From NCBI RefSeq assembly GCF_006345805.1, contig NW_021833285.1, forward strand, positions 29,938 to 93,937: 64,000 nucleotides of DNA, written 5' to 3'. Positions 24,565-36,911 of this stretch are shown piece after piece; position 1 is the first letter of the stretch, and the number at the start of each line of letters is the position of its first letter. Below the pieces are notes generated by a model, which did not search any database, was not told the origin of the DNA, and saw only the letters and a list, made by a program, of their open reading frames with translations. The position numbers were made by a program, and so were the translations under genes. The stretch comes from Octopus sinensis. Lineage: Eukaryota.

Positions 24565-25474
24565 TTAGGTCATCCTATAAATAATGCGTTTTTTTTTACT
24601 TGCATGAACTGGAAGTCGGAGGGGGCGGGGTAAACTTCCTGCATCAACTTGCTATAAAAGGAGGTTGTAATTTTACCTTGTTATTATTCTTAGTGCAAGT
24701 TTTCAAGATTTAACAGTTATTTTTTCAAAGCGATAATGGAAATGACAAATGAGCATATTCGGCATATTTTGCTTTATGAGTTCAATAAAGGCAACAATGC
24801 AATGGAAAGTGCGAGGAATATCAATGTAGTATATGGGGATCGGACAATAAGCATAAGCCTGTACCAATGGTGGTTCCGGAAATTCCGAGTCGGAAACTAC
24901 AGCCAAGAAGACGAGTCACGTCCTGGAAGATCTGCAGAGCTCGATGGTAACGTCCTGCAAACCCTGGTGGAACAAAATTCTATCGTAACTGTTGAGAAAC
25001 TAGCAGAGAATCTTGGATTTGGTCATTCAACCATTCATCGGCACTTGCGCCAGAAGAAAAATGACCATCTTTGGTTTGAAGACGAAACCAAAGATGGTGA
25101 GGATAATGCTCGGCCACATACTGCGAAGATGACATTCGAAAGGCTGGAACAGTTTCAAAGGGAAACGATGCCCCACCCACCATATTCGCCAGACATTGCC
25201 CCATCTGATTATCATTTATTCCGCAGTCTTCAAAATCATTTGGACGGAAAAAATATGAATTCTGTAGACAAGGTCAGAGTAGTACTGGAGGAGTATTTTT
25301 CATCACGGACAAGTGAATTTTGGAAGAGGGGCCTTGCAAGTCTACCAGATAGATGGAAGAGCATCTTCTTAGTAAATGAAGGAGAGTATATTTTAAATTA
25401 AAAACGAACTTTATCTTAATTTTGAAAAATAAAAGAAGTATAAAAAAAAACGCATTATTTATGGGATGACCCAA
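24565..25474 (+). mobile_element. Mariner element (Hsmar1/cecropia-like TIR), internally deleted, 910 bp
   Basis: TA|TTAGGTCATCCTATAAATAATGCG ... CGCATTATTTATGGGATGACCCAA|TA; 22/24 TIR match and TA target-site duplication. Confidence 0.93.
24736..25401 (+). CDS. Mariner transposase with an in-frame internal deletion (221 aa)
   Basis: N-terminal HTH region (IRHILLYEF...WFRKFR.G...EDESRPGRS), then DNARPH and HPPYSPDIAPSDYHLF. The WVPHEL linker and first catalytic D (TxDExW) are missing. Confidence 0.85.
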   Translation: MEMTNEHIRHILLYEFNKGNNAMESARNINVVYGDRTISISLYQWWFRKFRVGNYSQEDESRPGRSAELDGNVLQTLVEQNSIVTVEKLAENLGFGHSTIHRHLRQKKNDHLWFEDETKDGEDNARPHTAKMTFERLEQFQRETMPHPPYSPDIAPSDYHLFRSLQNHLDGKNMNSVDKVRVVLEEYFSSRTSEFWKRGLASLPDRWKSIFLVNEGEYILN

Positions 25475-26329
25475 TAAAACACATATACATGTGTGCGTGT
25501 GTACGCACTCGTGTGTATACAAACACATATACATACATACTTAAATACATATACACTCACACGAATACATGATGATGACGACGACGACGACGACGATAAT
25601 GATGAAGCTTTTATTGAGGCACCGCGCAGAGTAACAATCGTCTAAAGTTTGTCTAGGTTCTGATACCAGTGATACACTACGAACCAGATACACCATGAAC
25701 GATGTCTTCTCTTATGACCTTCCGTAACTTGAAATCCATTACATGAAGACACCTAGACTTAAAACCGAAATTTGAGGAATTAAACATCTGCGAAGACATT
25801 GGAAAAACTGCGACTGCAAGCCTGCTCTTGGAGCTCGTTGTCTCGTGCCCCACCTTTGTAAAAGCGAGGATATTGAAATTTTATTTTATTTTAAATTCAA
25901 AATGGATAAATGTACTGAGTGGAATGAATCAAAAGTAATGTTTTCATCGAAAACTTTTCCCGAGAAGTCTATTTCAATTTAATTTTCAATAAACTTAAAG
26001 AATGGAGTTGTTCCCCTTGTTCCGCTTGACAAGAACTGCTATCAACGTTCATGACTTTCATTTCCTTTGTGTGTATAATTTCAATTGATTAGCAATTACT
26101 TTTGGTTCACTACATTGAATATGTTAGCTCGCAGTTGATCACGTGTTCTCCATGCAGAAATAAAAGAGAGAGAATTAGACACAAGAGATGTAAGATGGTG
26201 CGGCGGTTTTGTTTTGTTTTCCGTATCATGATAAGTGCGGAACAATTCTGATCCCGAAACGATTCCAAACGCAGGGAAGACTACCTTCGATAGACTAGTG
26301 CCATACAGAATAGAAGGCTTCTTCATCAC

Positions 26330-26388
26330 CTGCTTAACAGAACGGAAGTGATACCACTCGCCAGTCCAGTCGACTGTGCAACAGGGAT
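26330..26388 (-). CDS. Candidate 59-nt internal exon of an unidentified gene
   Basis: Acceptor cattttctttcacag|, frame (D)PCCTVDWTGEWYHFRSVKQ, weak donor CAG|GTGATG; the frame stays open to 26096. No homology recognised. Confidence 0.2.
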
Positions 26389-27997
26389 CTGTGAAAGAAA
26401 ATGTTATTCCTCTATTGTAAATCTAAATAAATTATGATGTATGTTCATTTAATAATTTACTTTCAAGTAGCAATTCCAAAGCCAGAAAATTAGGAGAATC
26501 GGATGAAAAGATATGTCTGAGCTTATTCCGGTTGCTTCTGTTCTGAGTTCGTCTTAGACATCAACTTTGATTTTCATCTTTTCGAGATGCACTGAATGGT
26601 GGCGTTTGGATGAGCAGAATTGTGATGATCCTTGCGCTATCTATTCTGATTCGGTAGGTTCTCGGTTCAAATCTTGCCCTCTGTGTCGAGGTAATAAAAA
26701 AAGAGTGATGACAAATCTCTCAGGAGTTGGGTCTGACGAATAACATAAGTAAAGGCGTTGTGTGGGCGGGGTGGTGGGGAGCAGTTTCTCTAATTCTTGT
26801 TCTCGTCATTAAGCTGTATTTTCAAATTAAAATCCCGTGGTTTGCTTTTACACAAACTATCTTTCCGCACAATCTGATGTTTATGCTTTACAGCAGCGGC
26901 GGCGTTCATTGGTCAATTTCTTATTCTCTTAGTTTGGTGTCTCGGTGTTTTACGAGCACCCGATGAATATTTTCTGTTTGGCGGACATCAGCAAATGACT
27001 TGCTTGCCGATTCCTATAAACAAAAGCTCGTAATCTTGTCAGGTTCGTCGGACTGGAGGGGTAGCTTTGACTAAGGAGATACACAAGGAGGGCAAAACAC
27101 CGCGGTGACTCAAAGACTTCTTAAACTGGTGAACCGGGGAATCACGTGTGTCAAAAACATTCATCGTCAAAAGTAGCGGGTGAGGTTCTCCGATGATGAA
27201 AAAACACAGCAACCAGCATATTCATGTTCGTGTCTACCAGAACCTATGAAGAAGGGACCGAATTATCGTTGTTTGGATTATCCCTTTTCTGCACTCCATG
27301 AATTTATTACCTTTTGTCTTTATTTATATTTTTAGCTTATTTATGTTGCTTGGGGAAGGTGATATTATTCATTTGTTTCATGTTTATCAGAGACAAACTT
27401 GCATTTATGAGTGTCCAATATTTTTTTAAGTGAATTATGTCAGGTAAGAATTTTGACGTCAGCAAATGGCCTTTACGTCATCGTTTGTTCTTGATTGCAG
27501 TTGCTTGTTTTTGGTTGTTGTTTTCCAACCAAACTATACTTTCCGCTTTTCCATCATCATCATCATCATCACGACCACCACCACCACCATCGATATCATC
27601 ATCGTCATCGTCATCATCATTATCATTGTCATCACCACCACCACCACCACCATTATCACCCCGCCACCCCAACCATCAATATCGTCATCATCATCGTTGT
27701 CGTTGTCGTTGTCGTCGTCGCCATCAGCATCACAGCGATGTTTTACAACCACTAACCATCGGAGCAGACCATCATAACAAGCGGAGATACTCGTTAGATC
27801 AAAAGTGTATGCGCTTTGAATGAAACGGAAGTTAATGGTGAATGAAACGGAAGTACTTATTTCACGCAACCGGAAACATCACAAAACATAACAAAGTGTT
27901 GGTCCATATTGATGGTATTTCCATTGTTTTTTTTCTGTAGTTTCATATGTACACACACACACACACACACATACATGCACATACACACACACGCACG

Positions 27998-28031
<34 letters not shown>

Positions 28032-28294
28032 GCACACGAGCACGCTAGTGCAGTCGCACACATACACACACACACACACACATACAAATGTATGGTTACA
28101 TTTATACATGAACATTTACTTCTATACATATATCTACATACATGTATGTGCGTAATACACACATACCGTTGTATGTTGGGAGGGCTATTTTTCGCAAATA
28201 TTAAACACATGCACTAGTTCTATTATTATTATTATTGTTGTTGTTGTTGTTGTTGTTGTTGTCATTGTTGTTGTTGTTGTTATCATTATTACTA

Positions 28295-28515
28295 TTATTA
28301 AGGCACGAGCTGGCAGAATCGTTAGCACACCGGGGGAAATGCTTCGTGACATTTCTTCTGTCTTCACGTCCTCGGTTCAAATTCCACCGAAGTCGACTTT
28401 GCCTTTCATCCTTTAAGCATCGATAAAATAAACACCAGTTGAGTGCTGGGATCGATGTAATCAACTTACCCTTCTCTCGAACTTGCTGGCCTTGTACCGA
28501 AATTTGAAACCATAG
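28295..28515 (-). mobile_element. SINE copy
   Basis: Reverse complement of ...atcccagcactcaactgg...tttatcgatgc..aaaggatgaaaggcaaagtcgacttcggtggaatttgaacc.... Same family as 38145-39270, 24078-24225, 14660-14800 and 54743-54870. Confidence 0.8.
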
Positions 28516-28800
28516 CCTTGTGGTTAGGGTGTTGCACTGACGACCGCCAGCTCTTGGTTTCAATTCATGCTTTACTTCACATTGTTTCAACCGAAAATGA
28601 ATATCAACCGAGTGCTAGTGCAGCCCTCCTCCCTTTCCAGCTGTCATTTTGTTGGGTCAAGAGGCTGCTTGTGTTTACTTTCAAACAATTAAAGAAAGTA
28701 GGGTTACCAAGCCATAATCGCTTACCAGTGCCAGCCATGTATTTTCACATTTTTATTCTTTTTTTTTTTTTATTACATAGCTTAACTGTTGAACGGCAGG

Positions 28801-28905
28801 GCCTCTGAGCCGAACTGGAGGAAGGAAAAGAAGAAAGAAAAGGAGTCATCTGAAGATCTGAGTCGCAACCCAATTGCTTGCAACGGTGATGACTCCAGCC
28901 CTTGA
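28801..28905 (+). CDS. Candidate terminal exon fragment of an unidentified gene
   Basis: ASEPNWRKEKKKEKESSEDLSRNPIACNGDDSSP* follows a long T tract. The first AG (28779-28780) gives an immediate stop, so the second AG (28798-28799) would be needed. Confidence 0.15.
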   Translation, partial: ASEPNWRKEKKKEKESSEDLSRNPIACNGDDSSP

Positions 28906-29491
28906 ATGCTTTCACATCACCTCGTGCCTTAAGATTCCAATCAGACATTAACGGTTGCTGTCATTAATCTTACGTTGATGTGATTGTTGCTTGTTTCGTA
29001 TTTGTTTTTCTTTCTTCCTTGTAGTTTGGTACCTGGTTAGCTCTTATTGAGGAGAGCAAAGGAAAGGACGTTCTGGCTAAACAAAGGAAAGCTGTTTCAT
29101 TAGGACTACACTGACCAATATATCTCCGCGCAGCCTATTACGTTCTTCCTTATACGACAGCCATTTCGGTCGATAATCTATCTGTACCGGACTAACAGCC
29201 GGAATGTTGAAAGACAATCAAGCAGATAAGATAAGCAGATTGAAATGGAAAAGACTGTAACACGAGCAATTTCGACGCAGATGTCATTGAAATAATTGCA
29301 GGCGATAAAGAGACGACACAGTTTGATGGCGGCAGGCGAGAGATTAAATGATTCTGCAAAATTAAATAGCTTTTAGTTTCATTTTGTTTTTCTTTCCTTT
29401 GTTTTTATTCGATAGATGATGGGGGGAAATGATGAAAAAAGCTGAATGATCTCCTTTAGACATATTTTATGTACTATACAAACAGGAATTG

Positions 29492-29536
<45 letters not shown>

Positions 29537-29550
29537 TATAATAATAATAA

Positions 29551-30853
29551 GGTGGAAGGTGACAGAGGCCTTATAAAGCTGGAAAACTATAAAATAACCA
29601 CCATAGGACTACAAAAATACCTACTTCAGAAGCAAGGAAAACTGAGACAAGTAGCGGCAAAATACGAGCAAAACAAAAATTGTTCTCAGTATTTAAGGAA
29701 GCTGACAAATACAAACAAGAAATCATACCACCTAACAAATATGAAGAAGAAGAAGAAGAAGAAAAGAAGAAGAAGAGAAGAAGAAGAAGAAGAAGAAAAG
29801 AAGAAGAAGAAGAAGAAGAGAAGAAGAAGAAAGAAGAAGAAGAAGAAAGAAGAAAAGAAGAAGAAGAAGAAAAGAAGAAGAAGAAGAAGAAGAAGAAGAA
29901 GAAGAAGAAGAAGAAGAAAACACAACAAAAGCTATAAAGCAAATGAAATCAAAACTAAAACTAGAACAGCAACGGACCATGATAAAACGATGGCAAGAAA
30001 AGCCCCTTCATGGCAAGTACTGGACTAAACTAAATGCAAAAGAAATAGACAAAGAAAAATCCCAGCAGTGGTTGAGAAGCTCAGAACTCAAAGCAGAGAC
30101 AGGGGGATTTTTAATTGCAGCACAAGACCAAAGCCTCCCCACCAGGAATTGCCAAAAACATGTAATGAAAAGAAATATAACAAGTAACTGCAGAATATGT
30201 GGAGATGGACAAGAAACAATAAATCATATTATCTCTGGCTGCTCAGTCCTGGCTAAGAAGGAATATATTCACAGACATGACAGAGTTGGGACCTACATAC
30301 ACTGGAAGCTATGCCAACATTATGGAATAACAACAGAAAAAAGATGGTATAGGCACACACCAGAAAGGGTCGCAGAAAACGAGAAAGCAACCATACTCTG
30401 GGATATGCCAATACACACAGATAGAGAAATTAAGGCCAACAGACCAGATATAGTTGTCAGAGATCATGAAGAAAAAAATGCTTTCTAATTGATGTATCAA
30501 TACCAGCGGATGACAACGTGCCTCTAAAAGAAATGGAGAAACTTTCAAAATACAAAGACCTGGAAATAGAGGTAACCAGAATGTGGAATCTAAAAACAGA
30601 AGCAATTCCTATCATAGTAGGTGCATTAGGCATGATAAAAAAATATTCAGACAAATACATAACAAAAACACCAGGACTTACAAACACATATAACACACAG
30701 AAAATTGTATTACTAGGCACTGCACACATTCTATGCAGAACACTTTCCATACAATAACCATCAGAGCATCACAACAAATCACATCACATACCCAAGGCAC
30801 ACAGAACTGCGCTCGGTAGTGAAGTGAAAGCACGCTATAAAAATAAAACTACA

Positions 30854-30854
<1 letters not shown>
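29551..30854 (+). mobile_element. R4/Dong-like retrotransposon (subfamily 1, copy D), 5'-truncated
   Basis: GLIKLE...PLHGKY...CRICGDGQETINHIISGC...RPDIVVRD...DVSIP. 3' UTR as in A and C; (TAA)n on both sides; internal (GAA)n expansion at 29743-29920. Confidence 0.92.
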
Positions 30855-30941
<87 letters not shown>

Positions 30942-31402
30942 GATGGGCTACAGCAAATATTCTGCTCAATACCACAGATTTGCTTGTCAGTTGTTTGGCC
31001 TTAACCAGTTGAGCATGTCCCTTAGTGGCTGACGATATGTGCATCTCTGATCACGAGCAGAAGTAGTGGGGGAGCATCATGGCCATGTGTTGAGAGGGAT
31101 TCTTTGGGGTTTGAATAATTCACCTCTGGAGACATGGGTGGTTTTTTCAACATCCTTAAACAACCCTTATTCAGGGACCGTTTGAGCGGGATGGGCTACT
31201 CAACCTGAAGAAAATTCTAACTGGGACCCACCTGCAAGGTCATGTGCAGTTTATCTTGATATGAGATCACCATGTCGCGCACATATGGTTGTGATGCATG
31301 TGCCTGGTGTGCCCTTATCAGACGGGTAGTCATGATGGGTATATTGGGCTTCGTATATTTTACCCCAGTGTCACTTTGATGGCATGAACTGCTCTCTCAC
31401 TC
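30942..31402 (+). mobile_element. ~460-bp non-coding interspersed repeat inserted in (TAA)n
   Basis: (TAA)n on both sides, no ORF. The 3' ~230 bp recur at 37870-38101, also ending in (TAA)n. Confidence 0.7.
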
Positions 31403-31450
<48 letters not shown>

Positions 31451-32157
31451 CTGACTTTTCTTTGCTTCCTCCCAGAATATTCAAATATAAATGTAAACAT
31501 ATACTTTTTATTGCAAAAACACACCTGTTCTTCTAACTGGACATACAAACATCTCTAGAGGGGTCAACTTCAACCTCCACAATATTACCTTGCACGAAAT
31601 ATACAAACACTTTTTATTGCAATAACACAAACGCACATGGAAAAAATGATGATGCTAAGATTATCTCTGGTCGAACACAACTTCTCTATTCACAAATAAT
31701 ACAGAACAGCCCTTCAAAATAAGTTAAGAAAATTTACAAATTTACATATCTACAGTTTTCAATCATACATTCGACCAGCTTTAAAAACCCACAATTGCCT
31801 CTGTAAACATCCTTTTTTTTCTTCTCTCTAAAAACATCACGCTTTTCTTTTTGTGGACTTACAAAACCCTAAAACTTTCTATGAAAATCTGACTTTTCTT
31901 TGCTTCCTCCCAGAATATTCAAATATAAATGAAAACATATACTTTTTATTGCAAAAACATACCTGTTCTTCTAACTGGACATACAAACATCTCTAGAAAA
32001 GTCAACTTCAACCTCCACAATATTACTTTACACGAAATATACAAACACTTTTTATTGCAATAACACAAACGCACATGGAAAAAAAAAATGATGATGCTAA
32101 GATTCTCTCTGGTCGAACACAACTTCTCTATTCACAAACAATACAGAACAGCCCTTC
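31451..32157 (+). repeat. ~265-bp diverged direct repeat at 438-bp spacing
   Basis: ctgacttttctttgcttcctcccagaatattc...cagaacagcccttc at 31451-31715 and 31889-32157, with scattered substitutions. Confidence 0.9.
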
Positions 32158-32292
32158 CTTAATTTTTCTTAAGGCTAATAGTAGTAAACATCTGAACTTT
32201 TTTTGACCCCACCTAAAAAAAAAAAAAAAAAAAGTATCACTGGTGGTGATGGTAATGATGGTGATGATGATAATAATGATAGTAATAGTGCT

Positions 32293-32900
32293 GATAATCT
32301 ATCTATCTATCTACACACACACACACACTCAAAGAGTTCAACCAACACAAACCTCACCTCTATTGTTAACCAAATATGAAAGTATTATTTGACAGGCAAG
32401 AACTCTGGCGTTGAAGACAGTCAGCCAGCCAACCATCAAGCCAGCCAACGAGACAGACAGACACTACTGTGATGGTGATAAGGATAAAAAAAACAAAAAT
32501 AACAATAATAAGATACTGCTGTGACTACACATAAAACAATATCATTGATGATGATGGTGGTGATGGTGATGGTGATGATGATAATGATGATGGTAATGGT
32601 GGTGATAATCTATCTATCTATCTACACACACACACACACTCAAGAGTTCAACCAACACAAACCTCACCTCTATTGTTAACCAAATATGAAAGTATTATTT
32701 GACAGGCAAGAACTCTGGCGTTGAAGACAGTCAGCCAGCCAACCATCAAGCCAGCCAACGAGACAGACAGACACTACTGTGATGGTGATAAGGATAAAAA
32801 AAACAAAAATAACAATAATAAGATACTGCTGTGACTACACATAAAACAATATCATTGATGATGATGGTGGTGATGGTGATGGTGATGATGATAATGATGA
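32293..32900 (+). repeat. ~310-bp direct tandem duplication bounded by (GAT/GGT)n
   Basis: accaacacaaacctcacctc at 32341 and 32651; the segments are near-identical. Confidence 0.92.
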
Positions 32901-33000
32901 TGGTAATGGTGGTGATAATGATGATAGTGATAATAATGGTGATGATAATAACAATAATAAGCCAACTATGGCTGCTATAATGGTACGATTATAATTGTAA

Positions 33001-36000
33001 CGGCAATGATGGCCGTCTCCCCACGAGCCAACCAAAGCTAAAAAATGATAACATTATCGTAGCACCAAAATGTTTTTGGAAACTAAAAGGAAAACTAAAT
33101 CAGTATACCAAATCGCTTGTCCTATGGTTAATCTGGAAGCGCGTCCCCGAGGGAAGAACCAGCCTGGGATCGAAAAGTCATCAACTGGCACAAACTCTTC
33201 TCCGAATACGGACATAGATGGTCACTTGAACGGGAAATCCCCCAACTCGAGCCCTCCAAGTTCACCACCACAACCACCACAGAAAGAAAAATGTAAGCGG
33301 AACAAATGGACCCGAGAAGAGTATAAAGAAGTAATATACGCTTATTACTATGCATTAGGTAGGCCATCTCAAGAGAGACACACCGCAAACTCTTACAGTA
33401 TATGGAGAACACGGAATCAAGACAGTAGGCCCTATTTGGACGAGAACAAATTAGCAATGTGAGGAGGGATATCCTTAGAAATAACAGACTCACAGACAGT
33501 GAAATAAGTGCGATCAAGCACGCAACGGAAAATGACATAAATATAAGACACAAAGGAAGTGAAGAATCAGATGAACAGTATAGCCCGCCACGAGGCTTAA
33601 TTGAAAGATTGCCATCTGACCAAGTACGCAAAGGCCTGAAGATACAAGAAATTCTATTGTACCTGTTAAAGATAGCCAGGAAAACGAAAAAACAACAGTA
33701 ACTGAAGATCTCGCATTTGCTGAAGAACACAGAGAGTCTATGGCAGAAATGAGGCAGAAAATCCTGAATACACTTGAAGTGTAAGACATACAAGTATGAA
33801 TGATAGAGAACCACTTCATAAACTCTCAAATACAAACCAAAATAAAAAACAAATCCAAATTGGCAACTATGTAACAAATGAAATAATACGAGAATTAAAA
33901 CCTGATTTTACTGAGTTAAATGAAATTATTTACGCTTCTGCTAGGGCCATTGAAACCAGCTGTATGCCCCCGAAAAAACAAAGAAAACAAAACGGGAAGA
34001 AATCAAACCTGGAGAAGTAAAATTGAAAAAGAGATTGAATTTATGAGAGGGGAATATCAATATTAAATGAACTAATATGTGGAAATGATGTAAGATCCAG
34101 AACAGGAAGAAAGATGAAGAGAAAATTTGGATCCTCACCAAGAAAAGAACTGATATCAATAAAAGAAACGCTGAAACAAAAAGTCCAAGCAAAAGCCCAA
34201 AGAATACGAAGATTTGAGAAGAGAAACAAGTTTTACAAGCAAAATAAGCTGTTCACATCCAATGCCAAGAAATTCTACAGAGAAATAGGGAAAGAGAAAG
34301 TAACCGTTAAAGACCCCCCTCTCAAGGAAGAAGTTCAAAACTTTTGGAAAAGTATTTGGAGTGACAAGAAGACGTACAACATAAATGCAGACTGGATTAT
34401 ACAAACTGAAGGATCCTACCAAAATTTACAACAACAAGCATGGGAAGACATCACAATAGCAGACCTAAGAAAGGCACTCACGAAGGCCCATAATTGGAAA
34501 TCCCCCGGTAAAGATAGGGTGGCCGAATTTCTGGCTCGCATCGCTCCCATGCGCACACGGTAAGCTAGTTCAGCTGCTCAATGGAATTATGAGAGACCCA
34601 AAGAAACACCTGAATGGTTAGCAAGTGGCATTACTTACCTACTCCCAAAGAATAACGAAACCAACCTTCCAAAAACTATCGGCCTATAACCTGTCTATCC
34701 ACCACGTATAAAATCCTAACATCTATCTTGGCGGAGAAAACATATGCATTCATGGAGAAGAACGATATTTTCCCCATTGAACAAAAAGGGTGCCGCCGAG
34801 GCTCTTACGGATGCAAAGATCAACTGCTAATCAATCGTATGATCCTTGAGAACTGTCACAACAAGCGCAGAAATCTCAGCACCGCATGGATTGACTATAA
34901 AAAGGCCTTCGACAGTATACCGCATCCATGGATCTTGAGATCGCTGGACATCTTCAAAATTTCCCCTGTGATTTCAAACTTCCTGAAGCACAATATGTCG
35001 TTGTGGAATACGAATCTCCAATTATACCACTCTAATGGAGTACTTGCCTCAGAAAATATAAACATCAACTGTGGAATTTTTCAAGGTGACTCACTTTCAC
35101 CTTTAATATTCTGCATAGCCCTAATACCCTTCACAAGTAAATTAAACAGAACAGGGTATGGGTATAAAATTGCCAATAAAAAAATAAGCCATCTATTTTA
35201 TATGGATGACTTAAAACTTTATGGTAAAGACAATAATGAACTTGAAGGCCTATTGCGCACTGTGAAAGCATTCAGCGATGACATCGGGATGGAGTTTGGA
35301 CTTGATAAGTGTGCCAAGGCCACTTTCCAGAAAGGGAAAGTGAAGACCACAAATTCAGTCGTGTTAGATGTTGACACAGTCATAAGAGAGCTTGAGCAAG
35401 AACAAACATACAAATATTTAGGATAAATGAAGGCTCTGGTATTCAGCATGCAAGCATGAAGAGAAGATCAGGAAGGAATGTTATAGGAGAGTTCGTGCAG
35501 TCCTGAAATCTGAACTAAATGCACGTAACAAGGTGTTAGCTATAAATTCCTTAGCAGTTCCAGTTGTTACTTATAGCTACAATGTGTTGAACTGGAATAT
35601 GAGTGAAGTAAAATATAGATAGGAAAATACGCAGCTGCTGAGTTGTAATAGGATGCACCACCCAAAGGCAGATGTAGATCGCCTTTACATTCCCAGAGCC
35701 CAAGGAGGTCGAGGCCTGATCCAATTTGAACTAGCTTACAAAACAACCACAATTGGACTGGCCAAATATCTCGAAATATCGAATGACTGGATGCTAAAGC
35801 TCGTGGAAAATCACGAGAGACGAAAGAAGCTTCATTCTATCATAAAGGAAAGCAAAAAATTTGCTATTGATCTCGTGCAGGATGCCCAAACAGAACAACC
35901 CGAGGGAAGTACGGCAATTATTGTTGCAAAGAAGGTGAAAATAATGGCAACGAAAAAAGCGCACGAGCAATTGGCTGATAGGTGGGAGGAGAAACCTCTG

Positions 36001-36911
36001 CACGGCAAATATGTGACCCGCAGCAAACAAGCTGATGTTGACCAGAAGCAAACCCATCAGTGGCTACGGAGCTCAGGGCTAAAAGCAGAGAGCGAAGGTT
36101 TCATCCTGGCTGCTCAAGATCAAAGCCCATTAACCCGGAACTACCAGGCCAATGTGATGAAACATGGAGCAGACCCAAAATGCCGATTCTGCAACGACAT
36201 GATTGAAACAGTGGACCACCTAATCTCTGGATGTAAAGTCTTAGCTCCAGTGGAGTATAAATTAAGACATGACAGAGTTGGCCAATATCTACACTGGCTA
36301 ATAAGTCGGCATTACAATATCAAAACTGCCGACAAGTGGTATAATCACCACCCTGAGGCTGTAACTGAAGGAGAAAATGTAACCATTCTGTGGGACTTTC
36401 CAATACATACAGACCGAACCATCAAGGCCAATAAACCAGATATTGTTGTGAAAGACCAAAACAATAAAGTTTGCTTATTGATCAACATGAGCATCCCCTG
36501 TGATCATAATATCTCAGCGAAAGAGTTTGACAAGCTCAGAAAATATAAAGACCTACTCATTGAAATTGAGAAAATGTGGCATCTCGAGGCGGTTACAATA
36601 CCAGTGATCGTAGGAGCACTAGGAATGATCAAGAAGGGAACCGAAAATTATATGAGAATGATCCCTGCTTACCATCCCTGCAAGAAGTGCAAAAGATTGT
36701 CTTAACTGGTACATCACACACTATTGAGAAGAGCATTGTCGATGTGAGAACTGTTGCTGCTCATGTATTTTATTTAACTTAAAAAAAAAAAATGAACGAA
36801 CTATTGAGTTTGGTTTAATGGCCTACCAATGTATACTATGAGTTTCTTTGCCCTAGGAGTCGGGAAGACACTCGGCAAGAAATGGAAGCAAATTTGAAAG
36901 AAGAAAAAAAA

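Noticed and set aside
25640-27300. Other protein-like frames at 25690-25990 and 26960-27300
   Set aside because: Short or interrupted by stops, no consistent strand or splice sites, and no recognisable motif.
29100-29390. Possible conserved non-coding element
   Set aside because: Only an impression from composition; it cannot be supported without alignments.
32960-33060. HDV-like ribozyme at the 5' end of the full-length Dong element (CGT-CTCCCC-ACG hairpin)
   Set aside because: A P3/L3-like hairpin exists, but P1 pairs only 5/7, there is no G at +1 and no GG for P1.1. It is worth rechecking on a family consensus.
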